Assembly: GCA_963762255.1 (NCBI GenBank)
Contig: CAVXKA010000003.1
Coordinates: 576,001 to 640,000, forward strand
DNA length: 64,000 nucleotides
Reading direction: 5' to 3'
Source: Candidatus Eiseniibacteriota bacterium
GTDB lineage: Bacteria > Eisenbacteria > RBG-16-71-46 > JABDJR01
Shown: positions 21,969 through 34,338 of the stretch, in pieces
Position numbering within the stretch: position 1 is the stretch's first letter
Layout: each line of letters begins with the position of its first letter
Position numbers and translations under genes: made by a program
The notes under the pieces: generated by a model
The model's input: the letters and a program-made list of their open reading frames with translations, nothing else
What the model was told of the DNA's origin: nothing
Database searches by the model: none

Positions 21969-22918
21969 GCCTCCACCATGTCCATGGCCGCCTCGCGCGA
22001 GGCCGGCTCGTTGCCGTTCAGGAGATAGAGCACCGCCATCCGCACCGCCACGCCGTTGGTGACCTGGTCGAGAATCACGTTTCGCGGATCCTCGGCGACG
22101 TCCTGCGCGATCTCCACCCCGCGGTTCATCGGCCCGGGGTGCATGATCATCACGTCGGGCTTGGCCGCTCGCAGCCGCTCGCGCGTCACCCCGAAGTAGA
22201 GCGCGTACTCGCGCATGCTGGGCAGCAAGTTCGCGCTCTGCCGTTCCTTCTGCACGCGCAGGATGTTCACGACGTCCACATCCTCGAGCGCTTCCTCCAC
22301 TCGCCACGTCCACGTCACTCCCATGCGCTCGATCTCGCGCGGGGTCAGCGTCGCGGGCCCGCACACGCGCACCTCGGCCCCCATCTTGGTCAGGCCCCAG
22401 ATGTTCGAACGCGCCACCCGGCTGTGGGTCAGGTCGCCCACGATCGCGACCTTGATCCCCGTGAGGGTGCCGAGCTTGCGCCGCATGGTGAACATGTCGA
22501 GCAGTCCCTGCGTCGGGTGTTCGTGCTGTCCGTCGCCGGCGTTGATCACCGACGCACGCACGTTGCGCGCAAGAAAGTGCGGCGCGCCGGACGCACCGTG
22601 GCGAATGACCACGAAGTCCACCCGCATGGCCTCGATGTTGCGCACCGTGTCCTTGAGCGACTCCCCCTTCACCACGCTGGAGGTGGAGGTCGAGAAGCTG
22701 ATGCTGTCGGCGGAGAGCCGCTTCTCGGCCAGCTCGAAGCTGATGCGGGTGCGCGTCGAGGGCTCGTAGAAGAGGTTCGCCACCGTCTTCCCGCGCAGGG
22801 TCGGCACCTTCTTGATCGGACGGTCGAGGATGTTGCGGAACGCCTCCGCGGTGTCGAGAACGGCGGCGATCTCCTCGGCGGTCAACTCCTCCAAACCCAA
22901 GAGGTCTTTGCGGTCCAT
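21965..22918 (-). CDS. pyrB: Aspartate carbamoyltransferase catalytic subunit
   Basis: [32 protein letters not shown]. Confidence 0.98.
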   Translation of the reverse strand: MDRKDLLGLEELTAEEIAAVLDTAEAFRNILDRPIKKVPTLRGKTVANLFYEPSTRTRISFELAEKRLSADSISFSTSTSSVVKGESLKDTVRNIEAMRVDFVVIRHGASGAPHFLARNVRASVINAGDGQHEHPTQGLLDMFTMRRKLGTLTGIKVAIVGDLTHSRVARSNIWGLTKMGAEVRVCGPATLTPREIERMGVTWTWRVEEALEDVDVVNILRVQKERQSANLLPSMREYALYFGVTRERLRAAKPDVMIMHPGPMNRGVEIAQDVAEDPRNVILDQVTNGVAVRMAVLYLLNGNEPASREAAMDMVEA

Positions 22919-22921
22919 CCG

Positions 22922-23629
<708 letters not shown>

Positions 23630-23642
23630 TCACCTGGACTCC

Positions 23643-23673
23643 CCTTTCCGGGCTCTCCGTCCCGGATTAAAGG
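23643..23673 (-). promoter_or_regulatory. PyrR-binding RNA stem-loop (variant)
   Basis: CCTTTAATCCGGGACGGAGAGCCCGGAAAGG: conserved CUUUAA segment and GAGAG-like loop, upstream of the terminator and pyrR. Confidence 0.7.
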
Positions 23674-23692
23674 TCTACGAACTCGGCCGGGA

Positions 23693-23721
23693 ACACTATC
23701 AGGCGCGCGCGGCCGGATCAA
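23693..23721 (-). promoter_or_regulatory. Putative sigma70 promoter TTGATC-N17-TAGTGT for the pyr leader
   Basis: 17-nt spacing with a TG extension, just upstream of the PyrR loop. Confidence 0.55.
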
Positions 23722-23755
23722 CCCGGATTTTCTACGCGGTCTTGCGCGTCCCTCC

Positions 23756-25207
23756 CTACCCCGAGGTGCCCATCTCCTTCGACCGCACCACGACCAGCTT
23801 CTCCACCTGCATGTCCCGCAGCGTGTACGGAATCCCGCCGGTACCGAGGCCCGATTCGCGGAACCCGCCGAACGGCATCCAGTCCACGCGGAACGCGGTG
23901 TGGTCGTTGACCATGACCGCGGAGGCGTCCAGCCTGCGCGCCGCCCGCAGCGCCGTGTCGAGATCGCGCGTGAACACCGCGGCTTGAAAGCAGAAGGGCA
24001 GCCCGTTGGCCCGCGCGATCGCGTCGTCGAGGTCCGTGTAGGGATAGATGCACACCACCGGACCGAAGATCTCGAACACGCTGACCTCGGCGTCGGCGGG
24101 CGGGTCGTAGAGGACGGTGGGCGCGTAGGCGCGTTCGCCCAGCGCCTGCCCTCCGCAGAGCACCTCGGCGCCGCCCTGCCGCGCGTTCTCCACCCAGGAG
24201 GCGACGCGTGTCACGTCACGGGTGCGGATCAAAGGTCCGACCTCGGTCTCGCGCGCGGTCGGATCCCCAACCTTCAGGCGCGCGGCGGCCTCGGCGAGGC
24301 GCTCCGCAAACACCCGCGCGATCGACGCGTGCACGAACACCCGCTGCACCGACACGCACACCTGACCCGCGTGATAGAAGCCCCCCTTCGCGATCAGGGG
24401 GAGCGCGGTGTCCATGTCGGCGTCGGCGGCGACAATGACAGGCGCCGACCCGCCATTCTCGAGCGCGCAGCGCGCACCGGGGGCGAGCCGCGAGCGAAGC
24501 ATCCACCCCACCCGCGCGTTGCCGATGAAGTTGAAGAACCCGACGCGCCGGTCGGCGGCCAGCACCCCCGCCAATTCCAGGTCACGCGTCACCAGCGCCT
24601 GGCACCATTCGGGCGGGAGACCCGCCTCGTGCAGGAGCCGCACGAACCGCATGCAGGTGAGCGGCGTCGTCTCCGCCGGCTTCACGATGATCGGGCATCC
24701 GGCGGCGACCGCGGGCCCCACCAGGTGCGCGATCAGGTTGAGGGGATGGTTGAAGGCTGCAAACGCGACCACGACACCGATCGGCTCGTGCGTCGTGAAG
24801 GCCAGCCGTCCGGCGGAGGCCGCGTCGAGGTTCATCGGCACCTCGCGCCCGTGCTGCGTGCGCAGCGCCTCCACGCAGAGTCGCACGCTGTTGATGGCGC
24901 GGTCCGCCTCGACCAGCGAGTCGACCAGCGGCTTCCCGCCTTCGCGAGCAGACTCCAGGGCCAGCGTGTCCCGATGCTCGCGCAACAACGCCGCCAGACG
25001 GTCGAGCACGGCGGCGCGGCGCGCCGGACTCAACCATGCGTCGCGGTTTCGGAATAGACGGTGCGCGGTGGCGAGCGCGGTCTCGACACCTTCAGGACCG
25101 ACGCGGTCGGTCGAGCCGATCGGCGAGCCGTCGAAGGGCGAGACGACCTGATGAGGAACGGGATCGGGCATGGCGCCCGGGACGAGAAGCGCGAAGTGCT
25201 CGCTCAC
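23756..25207 (-). CDS. Aldehyde dehydrogenase family protein
   Basis: FNHPLNL, KPAETTP, LENGG, HAGQVCVSVQR, EIFGPV, MPFGGFRESG; GTG start overlaps the glyS stop. Confidence 0.92.
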   Translation of the reverse strand: MSEHFALLVPGAMPDPVPHQVVSPFDGSPIGSTDRVGPEGVETALATAHRLFRNRDAWLSPARRAAVLDRLAALLREHRDTLALESAREGGKPLVDSLVEADRAINSVRLCVEALRTQHGREVPMNLDAASAGRLAFTTHEPIGVVVAFAAFNHPLNLIAHLVGPAVAAGCPIIVKPAETTPLTCMRFVRLLHEAGLPPEWCQALVTRDLELAGVLAADRRVGFFNFIGNARVGWMLRSRLAPGARCALENGGSAPVIVAADADMDTALPLIAKGGFYHAGQVCVSVQRVFVHASIARVFAERLAEAAARLKVGDPTARETEVGPLIRTRDVTRVASWVENARQGGAEVLCGGQALGERAYAPTVLYDPPADAEVSVFEIFGPVVCIYPYTDLDDAIARANGLPFCFQAAVFTRDLDTALRAARRLDASAVMVNDHTAFRVDWMPFGGFRESGLGTGGIPYTLRDMQVEKLVVVRSKEMGTSG

Positions 25208-27354
25208 GAGACCGCCGCTCCCTCGCCTTCGATCACGATCCGCGCCGGATCGAAGAGGTGATGGAAGAACCCGCGCGCCTCGGCGAGCACCGCCAGACGC
25301 CGGTCGCGCTCGACCGGATCCTCCGACATGACCATGACGTCGTCGAAGAAGCGATCGATCGGCTCGCGCAGCTCCAAGAGGTCGCGAAGCTTGGCCGCAT
25401 AGGTCTCGGTCAGGTGCGCGAGTCCGCGCCCCGCGGACGCGCTCTTGCGCTCGTCGCGCGCGAACTTCTCCCCGACCGCGAGCGCGGCCTCGTGCAGGAG
25501 GCGTTCCGTGGGGTGCGCCGGGGCCCAGTCCACCTTCGCCGGATCGGGCAGCGACCGCTCGTCGATTCCCTTGAGGATGTTGGCCGCGCGCTTGAAGCCG
25601 ATCACGAGCCGCTCCAGCGCCTCCTCGCCGCGGATGGCGTTGAGCGCGTTCGCGCGGGCCAGCGCGTCCAGCGGATCGTCGGCGTCGGCGGCCAGGACCG
25701 CGTCCACCACGTCGTAGGTGATTCCCCGTTCGCGCAGGAAGTACGCGGTGCGGTCGCGGAAGAAGTCCGTCAGGTCGGTCGTGAGCCCCTCGCGGCGCGC
25801 CGCCTCGGGGAGCCGCCCCACCGTCTCCTCCAACACCGAAGAGAGCGACAGGTGGAGTTCCTTCTCCAGTACCATGCGCACGACGCCGTTGCCCGCGCGT
25901 CGTAGCGCGTACGGATCCTGCGATCCCGAGGGGACGAAGCCCGCGGCCCAGCATCCCGCGATCGTGTCCAGCCGATCGGCCAGCGCGAGCAGCATGCCTT
26001 CGACCGAGAGCGGCAGCGGGTCCGCCGCGCCGCGCGGCAGGTACTGTTCGGCGAGCGCGCTCACCACTCCCGCCGGCTCGCCCGACGCCTCGGCGTAGCG
26101 CGCGCCCATGATCCCCTGAAGGCCGGTGAATTCCTTCCCGTCCTTGATCATCTCGCTTGAAAGGTCCGCCTTGGCCAGCCGCGCCGCCCGCATCGCGACC
26201 TCGCGACGCGCGGGCCAGTCCGCCGCATACCACTCCCGCCCCAGCCGATCCACGAGGGCGGCCACTCGCTCGCTCTTCTCGCGCAAGGTGCCGATCGACT
26301 CCAACCAGACCACCGACCCCAGCGATTCGGCGAGCCGATCGAGGCCGGTCTTCAGGTCCACCTTCCAGTAGAACCGCGCGTCCTCGAGGCGGGCGCGCAG
26401 CACGCGCTCGTTCCCGGCGATCACGAAGCGCACGTCCTCCCACTCGCCGTCGCACACGACGAGGAAATTCGGCTTGAGCCGGCCCGTCGTGTCCTCTACC
26501 GCGAAATAACGCTGGTGGGAACGCATGGCGGTGACCACGACTTCGCGCGGCAGCTCCAGGTACTTGGCGTCGAAACTCCCCGAGAGCACGCGCGGCCACT
26601 CGGCCAGGAAGACGACCTCGCGCAGCAGACCCTCATCGGGCACGAGCCGCCCGCCGAGGCACTTCGCCTCCGCTTCCAACTCGTGGACGATACGCGCTCT
26701 TCGCGCTTCGGGATCGAGAAGCACGCCTGCCAATTCGAGAGTGCTGTCGAGGCGCCCCGCATCCACGACCCCGTGCGGGCCGGGAGCGATCAACCGGTGC
26801 CCCTGGGTTTCGCGCTTCGCGTCGATGCCGGCCACCGCGAGCGGCAGGATCGCGTCGTCCAAGAGGCACACAACCCAGCGAATCGGGCGCGGGAAGCGGA
26901 ATCGGGAGGCGTTCCAGGTCATCGTCTTGGGCCACGGAAGTCCCTGCACGAGCTTGGACAAGAGATCCGGCAGCACCTCGCGGGCGTCGCGGCCGGTCTC
27001 GTGCACGCGCACCATCACGAACTCGCCCTTGTCGGTGGTCACGCGCTCCAGCGCCTCCACCGGGACACCGTTCTTGCGGGCGAATCCCTCGGCGGCAGGA
27101 GTGGCCTTCCCGTCGCGGAATGCGGCGTCGGCGCGCGGCCCGGTCACCTCGCGGGTCAGATCCGTCTGGCGCGCGGCGAGCCCTCTCACCTCCAGCACGA
27201 GACGCTTCGCGGTGCCGGCGGCGCGCACCGACTGCGCGCCCAGACGCAGATCGGCCAACCCGGCTCGCGCGCTGTCCTCCAGCGCGGCCAGGGCCGGCGG
27301 CACGTATCCGGCGGGGATGGCCTCGGTCCCGATCTCGAGTAGGAGCCTGCTCAT
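25204..27354 (-). CDS. glyS: Glycine--tRNA ligase beta subunit
   Basis: [42 protein letters not shown]. Confidence 0.97.
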   Translation of the reverse strand: MSRLLLEIGTEAIPAGYVPPALAALEDSARAGLADLRLGAQSVRAAGTAKRLVLEVRGLAARQTDLTREVTGPRADAAFRDGKATPAAEGFARKNGVPVEALERVTTDKGEFVMVRVHETGRDAREVLPDLLSKLVQGLPWPKTMTWNASRFRFPRPIRWVVCLLDDAILPLAVAGIDAKRETQGHRLIAPGPHGVVDAGRLDSTLELAGVLLDPEARRARIVHELEAEAKCLGGRLVPDEGLLREVVFLAEWPRVLSGSFDAKYLELPREVVVTAMRSHQRYFAVEDTTGRLKPNFLVVCDGEWEDVRFVIAGNERVLRARLEDARFYWKVDLKTGLDRLAESLGSVVWLESIGTLREKSERVAALVDRLGREWYAADWPARREVAMRAARLAKADLSSEMIKDGKEFTGLQGIMGARYAEASGEPAGVVSALAEQYLPRGAADPLPLSVEGMLLALADRLDTIAGCWAAGFVPSGSQDPYALRRAGNGVVRMVLEKELHLSLSSVLEETVGRLPEAARREGLTTDLTDFFRDRTAYFLRERGITYDVVDAVLAADADDPLDALARANALNAIRGEEALERLVIGFKRAANILKGIDERSLPDPAKVDWAPAHPTERLLHEAALAVGEKFARDERKSASAGRGLAHLTETYAAKLRDLLELREPIDRFFDDVMVMSEDPVERDRRLAVLAEARGFFHHLFDPARIVIEGEGAAVS

Positions 27355-28322
27355 GCCGCCCCTCCCTTCGCCGCCTTCGCGTTGCGTTTCTCGGCCCGCG
27401 CCCGCGCCGCCTCCACCCACTTCGCGCGCTCGCCCTCGTCGGCGATCATCGGATAGCCGAGGCGCTCGCGCTGACGCATGGTGGCCTGCGCGGCCATCCG
27501 CGCGAGCTTGCGCACCCGGGCGATATAGCCGGTGCGCTCGGTGACGCTGATCGCGCCCCGCGCCTCCAGCATGTTGAACGCGTGGGAGCACTTGATCACG
27601 TAGTCGTAGCCCGGACCCAGCAGATCCTTGCTCAAGAGCCGCTCCGCCTCGCGCTCGAAGTCGGCGAAGAGATGAAAGTGCAGGTCGACGTCCGCCTCCT
27701 CGAAGTTGAACGTGCAAAACTCGCGTTCGTTCTCGAGGAAGAGCTGCTTCCAGTTGAAATCGCGCGAGATCTGCAGATCCATGATGCGGTTGGCGCCTTG
27801 CAGGTAGGTGGCCAGCCGCTCGATGCCGTAGGTGATCTCCGCCGGGACCAGGTCGACGTCGATGCTCCCGACTTGTTGGAAGTAGGTGAATTGGGTCACT
27901 TCCATGCCGTCGAGCCACACTTCCCATCCGAGGCCCCACGCGCCGAGCGTCGGCGACTCCCAGTCGTCCTCCACGTAGCGCAGGTCATGTTGCGTGAGGT
28001 CGATCCCCATCGCCTGAAGCGACTGCTCGTAGAGCGCCAGCACGTCGTCCGGCGCGGGCTTCAGAAGCACCTGATACTGATAGAAGTTCTGCAGCCGGTT
28101 CGGATTCTCGCCGTATCGGCCGTCCTTGGGGCGACGGCTCGGCTCCACGTACGCGACCTTCCACGGCTCGGGACCGAGGGCGCGCAGGAACGTGGCCGGG
28201 TTGAAGGTCCCCGCCCCGACCTCGCTCGGGTACGGCTGAACGAGGACGCAGCCCTGATCGCTCCAGAACTTCTGGAGCGCGAGGAGCATTTCCTGAAACG
28301 TGGCGGTGTTCTTCGCGGGCAT
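27351..28322 (-). CDS. glyQ: Glycine--tRNA ligase alpha subunit
   Basis: [45 protein letters not shown]. Confidence 0.98.
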   Translation of the reverse strand: MPAKNTATFQEMLLALQKFWSDQGCVLVQPYPSEVGAGTFNPATFLRALGPEPWKVAYVEPSRRPKDGRYGENPNRLQNFYQYQVLLKPAPDDVLALYEQSLQAMGIDLTQHDLRYVEDDWESPTLGAWGLGWEVWLDGMEVTQFTYFQQVGSIDVDLVPAEITYGIERLATYLQGANRIMDLQISRDFNWKQLFLENEREFCTFNFEEADVDLHFHLFADFEREAERLLSKDLLGPGYDYVIKCSHAFNMLEARGAISVTERTGYIARVRKLARMAAQATMRQRERLGYPMIADEGERAKWVEAARARAEKRNAKAAKGGAA

Positions 28323-28368
28323 GGCGGGGCCTTTCGCGGGCTGATGGAAGCCGCGGATTATATCGGAA

Positions 28369-29004
28369 TCACCCGATCGCCGCGAGCCGAGCCGTGATCT
28401 CGGCCGCGCGCCACTCGATCGCCTCGAACCGTCCCGCCGTGAGGTCCGCCGGGGAAAACAGCGAGGTTACGAACCCGACGCCGAACGCGCCCGCGGCGAG
28501 CACCGCCTCGAAGTTCTCCGGCGTGACCCCCGCGGTGGGGAAGATCCGCAGCTCGGGGAGCGGTCCGCGCACCTGGCTCACATAGGCAGCCACGTCGGCC
28601 GGCGCCGGGAAGAGCTTCACGATGTCCGCCCCCGCAGCGGTCGCCGCCATCATCTCGGTGGGGGTGAAGGCGCCCGGCACGCACGGAACGTCCAGCTCCA
28701 CCGCGGTCCGAATCACCGCGGGATCGACGACCGGCGACACCAGGAATCGGGCTCCCGCCCGCACCGCCGCGCGGGCCTGGTCCGGCGTGAGCACCGTCCC
28801 CACGCCCACCAGAAGCTGATCGTCCCGGGCGAATTCCCCCACCAACTCCAGCGCGCCCGGCACCGTGAGCGTGAACTCCACCATGCGAAACCCGCCTGCC
28901 ACCGCGGCTTGCATCGCCCGCCGCGCGGTCTCGCGCTCCGGAGTGCGCAAGATCGCGCTGACGCGGCGCCGGCCGATCTCCCGCACCGTATCCATCCTTT
29001 GCAT
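28369..29004 (-). CDS. eda: KHG/KDPG aldolase
   Basis: [41 protein letters not shown]. Confidence 0.9.
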   Translation of the reverse strand: MQRMDTVREIGRRRVSAILRTPERETARRAMQAAVAGGFRMVEFTLTVPGALELVGEFARDDQLLVGVGTVLTPDQARAAVRAGARFLVSPVVDPAVIRTAVELDVPCVPGAFTPTEMMAATAAGADIVKLFPAPADVAAYVSQVRGPLPELRIFPTAGVTPENFEAVLAAGAFGVGFVTSLFSPADLTAGRFEAIEWRAAEITARLAAIG

Positions 29005-29154
29005 GGAATTTCGTCCCCTTCCTCTTGGAAGCCTCGTCATCCAGGCGCATAATGCGAGCCGCACGGCATCCCGATCAGTGTGCCCCCGGCCGCGGTGTCC
29101 CGTCCAGCGCGCGCAGCGACAAGCGCGCTCGCGAGCACGGAAAGGAGCCGGGCG

Positions 29155-30210
29155 ATGGATTGGAAGAACTTCTACCGCGACGAGCTTGCGTGCCCCGAAG
29201 GGCGCACGCAGGTGCGGGAAATCTTCGACTCGCTGGCCGCCAGCGACGAGGAGGTCGATTCCGCGTTGCGCCGCCGCGCGGTGCTCTCGTTCCCCCATAC
29301 TTCGGTCCGCTACTCGGGCCCGGTGACGGGGCGCGTGGTCGCGGCCCTCTACCGGGCAGGGGCGCGCCGCGTGATCGCCCTGGGCGTTCTTCACGGCCAG
29401 TGCACGCCGCTCCCCTATCGCGATCTCTTCCGCGAATACCACCGGCTCACCGCCGTGCCCGCCCGCGGGGACAAGCTCGCGCGGGAGATCTTCGAGACGT
29501 TTCGCGGCGCGTTCGCACCGCCCCCCCCGCTCTCCACCGTGTTCGGCGACGTGCCCCGCTTCGAGCCGCAAGGGGCCGGCGAGAGCCCGCTGCGCGAGGA
29601 CGCGGGGATGCTCGCGAACGAGTTCTCGCTCGACACGTTCCTCAGTTTCATGGCCTTCCAGGCCTGCCGGCTGGAGTGTGACCCCATCCCCGTCTTCCCG
29701 GTGTACGTGAGCATGACCCGCGACCCTGATGGATCCTTCGAAGCGGCCGGAGAACTCGCGCGATGGCTTCGGGCGGCGGCGCCCCGAGGCACCGCCGTGG
29801 TCACCACCGCCGACCTCGTGCACTACGGCCACGCCTATAGCGCCGCCGACGAGATGCACGGGATGCCCACCGACCCACTCGACCTGACCCGTCATTTCCG
29901 CGACCACGTGGAGCAGACGCTGGCGATGGCGCTCAAGGAGCGCGACTACGAGCGCTCCCATCAAGCCTGCTCGACTACGCTCAAGAGCGATCATCGTCAC
30001 GTCCTGCCGATCCTCGCGGAGTATCTGGGCAGAGGGGCACGGCACCGGCTGCTCTCGTTCGCGCTCTCCGACTACCAGGGTATCCTGGGGGTGCCGCCTC
30101 CCTGCGTCGTCGCCTCGGCGCTCGCCGCCTACTTCCCGCCCGAATCCGACGGCGAGGAGTTCGAGGGGGACCGCGAGGCGGAGCGCGACGCCTTCGCCTC
30201 GCCGGCCTGA
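29155..30210 (+). CDS. MEMO1/AmmeMemoRadiSam-B-like (class III dioxygenase fold) protein
   Basis: AGGAG RBS; SFPH, GVLHG, NEFSLD and TADLVHYG resemble the MEMO motifs PHAG, EHS and SDLSHY. Confidence 0.5.
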   Translation: MDWKNFYRDELACPEGRTQVREIFDSLAASDEEVDSALRRRAVLSFPHTSVRYSGPVTGRVVAALYRAGARRVIALGVLHGQCTPLPYRDLFREYHRLTAVPARGDKLAREIFETFRGAFAPPPPLSTVFGDVPRFEPQGAGESPLREDAGMLANEFSLDTFLSFMAFQACRLECDPIPVFPVYVSMTRDPDGSFEAAGELARWLRAAAPRGTAVVTTADLVHYGHAYSAADEMHGMPTDPLDLTRHFRDHVEQTLAMALKERDYERSHQACSTTLKSDHRHVLPILAEYLGRGARHRLLSFALSDYQGILGVPPPCVVASALAAYFPPESDGEEFEGDREAERDAFASPA

Positions 30211-30992
30211 CCCCGACTGTTCGCGCCTGCCGCGAAGGACTGCGCCATGCGCAGCGACCGCAGCGATTCGTAGCGCTCGAGGTGCGACTGCAGGAAGCTC
30301 TCCAGCACCCGGGCCGCCGCGCTGACTTCCGCAGGCTCGGGAGGGTCGGCGGCCAACTCGTCGAGCTTCGCGGTCAGCAGCCGCCGCAAGGTGCGCAGGG
30401 CGGGCTCGGACAGATCCATGGCCCCCGCCATCGCGGCGGCGCAATCGCCGCAGACGATCCCGCCGGTGAGCGCCGAGAACCGCCACACCGCCGGCTCGTC
30501 GGCGCGCCGACCGCACTCCGCGCACGCGTAGAGTTCGGGGCGATGACCGAGAAACGTAACCGCCTTGAGCTCGAACGCGCGGAACACGGCGGCCAGCGCG
30601 CTTCGCGGCGCCGTCTCCAGCACTTCGAGCGCCCGCTGTGACAGCGCGTAGAGACGCCCCGGCGGCTCCTGCCCGGAGAGCACCTTGAGAAGGAACTCGA
30701 GCACTCCGGTGCCGTAGACATAGCGTTCGGGGTGCGCGGAGAGCCCGAGATGCGCATCGAGGAGCGAGGCCTGGGAGAGGAGCTGCAGCTCGCGCGCGTC
30801 GCGATGGTAGTAGACGAGATCCACGCAGGCGAAGAGTTCGAGCGAGGCCCCGAAGCGGGGCTTGGTCCCGCGCACACCCTTGGCCAGGAGCGACACCAGG
30901 CCGTGCTCTGCCGTGTAGACGGTGAGGATCTTGCTCGTGTCGCGGAAGAGGATCACGCGCAGAACGAGCGCCTCGCTCTTTTCGATCGACAT
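30129..30992 (-). CDS. recO: DNA repair protein RecO
   Basis: EALVLR..F.DTSKILTVYT..HG, LAKGVR, Zn finger CAECG...GIVCGDC. Confidence 0.95.
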   Translation of the reverse strand: MSIEKSEALVLRVILFRDTSKILTVYTAEHGLVSLLAKGVRGTKPRFGASLELFACVDLVYYHRDARELQLLSQASLLDAHLGLSAHPERYVYGTGVLEFLLKVLSGQEPPGRLYALSQRALEVLETAPRSALAAVFRAFELKAVTFLGHRPELYACAECGRRADEPAVWRFSALTGGIVCGDCAAAMAGAMDLSEPALRTLRRLLTAKLDELAADPPEPAEVSAAARVLESFLQSHLERYESLRSLRMAQSFAAGANSRGQAGEAKASRSASRSPSNSSPSDSGGK

Positions 30993-30998
30993 ACGATC

Positions 30999-31655
30999 CT
31001 ACGCGGGCTCGGGGGGCGCCGGCTCCCGCTCCGGGGGCATGAACGCTCCCCCCGAGATCACCATCTTGAGCCCGTTCTCCACCGACATCGTCAGGTGGAC
31101 GATGTCCTTCTCGGGCACGATGAGGAAGAACCCGGTCGTGGGGTTGGGTGTGGTGGGCAGGAACACCGCACGCATTCCGCCGCCCAGCCGGCTCTGGATC
31201 TCCGCCCCGGGGGTCTCTGTCAGGAAGACCACCGACCAGATGCCCTTGCGCGGGTACTCGACGAGCCCCACCGAGCGGAACACGGTGCGATTGCTGGAGA
31301 GAAGCGCCTCGCCGATCTGCTTCACCGCCACGTAGATCTTGTTGAAGAGAGGGATGCGGGTCAGGAGCGAATCCCACATCGCAAAGAGCCGCCGCCCCAG
31401 GTAGTTGTTGACGATGAGGCCGGCCAAAAGCACGAGCGCGATCACGATCACGAGCCCCACTCCGGGGATCCCGCCCGGGCGCACCCACCCGAAGCGGATC
31501 TGGGCCCAGAGGAGCGTATCCACCCAGGACAGGAGTTGATAGAGCACCCACGCAGCCACCGCCATCGGCGTCACCACCAGAATGCCGGTCAGGAAATGCC
31601 GCCGCAGCCGCGCCGCGAAGGGCTCACGCCCCCAGAGCTCGCGCATCCGGTTCAT
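30999..31655 (-). CDS. DUF502 domain membrane protein
   Basis: FLTGILVVTP, RIPLFNKIY, VEYPRKG, VFLPTTPNPTTGF, VISGG. Confidence 0.92.
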   Translation of the reverse strand: MNRMRELWGREPFAARLRRHFLTGILVVTPMAVAAWVLYQLLSWVDTLLWAQIRFGWVRPGGIPGVGLVIVIALVLLAGLIVNNYLGRRLFAMWDSLLTRIPLFNKIYVAVKQIGEALLSSNRTVFRSVGLVEYPRKGIWSVVFLTETPGAEIQSRLGGGMRAVFLPTTPNPTTGFFLIVPEKDIVHLTMSVENGLKMVISGGAFMPPEREPAPPEPA

Positions 31656-32885
31656 CGCATCACCCCCGGCGCCGCATTCCGCGCGCCTTTCTCGCTCTCC
31701 TCATCCCCTTCGATCAGCGTCAGCCGAAGCGCGAGGACGCGCTGCGGCTCCGCTGCCGCGATCTCGAACATCGCGCCATCCTCGCGGACGCGCTCCCCCG
31801 GAAGGGGGATGCGCTCGAGGCGATCCAGCACCAATCCCGCCACCGTGTCGTACTCCCCTTCCTCGAGGTCGAGGCCCAGAGCCTCGTTCAGATCCTCCAC
31901 GCGCATGGTCCCCTCCACCCAGTACACGCCCGCCTCGATGCGACGCAGCGGAGACTCTTCCTCGATGTCGAGTTCGTCGCGGATCTCTCCCACCAGCTCC
32001 TCGAGAAGATCTTCGACGGTCGCGATCCCCGCCATGCCTCCGTACTCATCGACCAGCCACCGCCAGTTGATTGTAGGTGGCCTGGAGTTCGCGGAGAAGC
32101 GTGCCGACAGACTTGGTGGCGCTGGTGAGCACCGGCTCGCGGGCAAGCGAGGCCGCGGTGACTTCCGGGGGAGCGGCAAGCAGATCGAACACGTGCAGCA
32201 CCCCGACCACGGTATCCAGCGTGTCGCGATAGACGGGATAGCGCGTGTACCCCTCCCGGCCCACAACCTCCAGGATCTCGGGCACGGTCGCCTCGGCGGG
32301 GATCCCCACCACTTCTTCGCGGGGAACCATCACGTCCTCGACGCACGACTCGCCGAACTCCTGCAGCGTGGCCAGCATCTTCCCCTCTTCATCCTCGCCG
32401 GAGCGCCCCTGGAGCCAGCGCAACTCGTAGTCGAGTTCAAGGAGGCGTTCCGCCGAGGAGGCGGGACGTCCGACACCGGGCATGCGATGGAGCACGACGA
32501 GGACCCAGCGCAGGACGTTGCCGAGTTCCGCCAGGGGGCGAAGCACCGCGCGCCCGGCCAGGCTCAGCGGGCTCTGCCAGCGGACCGCGACCAGGGTGGA
32601 GCCGAGCGCCGCCCACAGAAGCGCCAGGACCGCCACGATAGCGGACGCGTATGCCGATCCGAGGCGGGCGGTCGCCGCGAGCGGGATCACGAAGGCGGCG
32701 GCCGCCAGAAGCCGGGCCAGAAGCCGCGCCTGCCGTGCCGAACGCGCGAAGGTGGCCGCCTCCTGCGCCTCGTCGTCACCGGCCATGCGATCGAGCGCGT
32801 TTCGGCTGAACCAGGCGCCGGCCTCTTCGAGCAGGATGGCGAGCACAAGCGAGACGAGCCCCGCGACGATGGCGAGCGACATCAT
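31652..32885 (-). CDS. Hemolysin/CorC-like CBS + transporter-associated domain protein, apparent frameshift near 32057
   Basis: VMVPR, YTRYPVY, then VDEYGG..GIATVEDLLEELVGEIRDE and YDTVAGLV in the adjacent frame. Confidence 0.88.
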
Positions 32886-33865
32886 GACGCGCGCGCCCCG
32901 CGTTCGCGCTCGCGCTCGTCGTGCAACTCACCCACGATCTCTTCGAGCACGTCCTCCACGGTGACGATGCCCACCGTGCGCCCCAACCGATCGACCACGA
33001 CCGCCAGGTGGACCCTCGCCTCGCGAAGCTCGTCCAGAAGATCCTGGATGGTCTCTTCCTGGCGCACGAAATAGGCAGGCCGCAGGCGCTCGCGCAGGGA
33101 AAGCACGGGCTCCGGCCCGGTGCGGGGATAGGGAAGCAGGTCCTTGACCGTGATCAGCCCGACCACGCGCCCATCCGCGACCACGGGCAGGCGACTGTGC
33201 GCCGAGGCTCGGGCCCGCGTTCGCGCTTCATCGAGCGAGAGCCCATCGTCCATCGTGCGCGTCGCGTCCCAGCGGGTCATGACGTCGGCGACGAGGATGC
33301 TCGTGCTGGCGAGAAGCCGGCGCAGCAGACGACGCTCCTCACGCCCCAGACGACCGCCCGCCCCCGCCATCGCCGCCCGCGTCTCCGCGTTCACGATGCC
33401 CTCGCTGAGCGGCGCCGCCACGCTTCCCGCTCGCCACGTCACCAGCGGGCGCGAGACGCGGGCCGCCGGCAGGACCAGTCGCGCCCACGCGCCGTAGAGA
33501 ACTCCTCCGCGCCCTCGCCCCAGCCGGCGCATGATGCGGGTTCCCCCCGCGGCCTCGGTTAGCGCGGCGGCCAGCCAGCCCAGGAAGCAAGCCGCGGCCA
33601 CCCATCCCCAGGAGAGCCGCAGCACGCCGCCCGCCAGGCCCAGCGGCACGAAGACCGCGGCGAAGAAGCGCGAGAAGCGCAGACGCAGACCCAGCGTGAC
33701 CGGTTCATCGCGCAGCCGCTTGAGCCGGGAGAGGAGGGCATAGTCGGAGTGGCGGATGTGACCGCGCTCGATCGTCACCAGGTCGTGCCGCACGCCCGCG
33801 CCCAGCGCACCGAGCCCCCATGCGAACACCCCGATGAGCAGCCACAAGCCGGAGACGGCGTCCAC
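32882..33865 (-). CDS. CBS-domain membrane protein (CNNM/hemolysin-like, lacking the CorC domain)
   Basis: TM N terminus, HSRLPV, VKDLL, HLAVVVD..G...GIVTVEDVLEEIVGE. Confidence 0.85.
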   Translation of the reverse strand: MDAVSGLWLLIGVFAWGLGALGAGVRHDLVTIERGHIRHSDYALLSRLKRLRDEPVTLGLRLRFSRFFAAVFVPLGLAGGVLRLSWGWVAAACFLGWLAAALTEAAGGTRIMRRLGRGRGGVLYGAWARLVLPAARVSRPLVTWRAGSVAAPLSEGIVNAETRAAMAGAGGRLGREERRLLRRLLASTSILVADVMTRWDATRTMDDGLSLDEARTRARASAHSRLPVVADGRVVGLITVKDLLPYPRTGPEPVLSLRERLRPAYFVRQEETIQDLLDELREARVHLAVVVDRLGRTVGIVTVEDVLEEIVGELHDERERERGARAS

Positions 33866-33867
33866 GG

Positions 33868-34338
33868 TCAGCCCCGGCCCTCGGCGCGCGCGCGCAGAAG
33901 CGTGCCCGGCGCGAACGCGGCCAGCGCGCGACGCTCCGCCGCCTTCATCGCCCGACCCTGGTGCGGCGTGTGGTGGTCGTGGCCCATGAGATGCAGGATG
34001 CCGTGGGCGATGAGCCGCGCCATCTCGGATTCGAAATCGTTGCCGAAGCGCGGCGCCTGCTCGCGCGCGCGCTCGACCGAGATCACGACATCGCCCAGGT
34101 ACGTCGAGCCGGTCTCGTCCTCTTCGTGGAGCGGGAAGGCGAGGACGTCGGTAGCCCGGTCGATGTCGCGGTACCGGGCGTTGAGATCGCGGACGCCGGC
34201 GTTGTCGGTCAGCACCAGGCTCATCGCGCCGTCGGCCACCCCGACGCTCGCCAACACTGCGCGCGCGAAGCGCTTCGTCCCGACGGGGTCAGCGACGGCG
34301 TGTCTTGGCGACTGCTGCAGGTGTATTCGCAAAGCCAC
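33868..34338 (-). CDS. ybeY: rRNA maturation endoribonuclease YbeY
   Basis: LNARYR..D.ATDVLAF, LGDVVIS, HGILHLMGHDH. Confidence 0.96.
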   Translation of the reverse strand: MALRIHLQQSPRHAVADPVGTKRFARAVLASVGVADGAMSLVLTDNAGVRDLNARYRDIDRATDVLAFPLHEEDETGSTYLGDVVISVERAREQAPRFGNDFESEMARLIAHGILHLMGHDHHTPHQGRAMKAAERRALAAFAPGTLLRARAEGRG

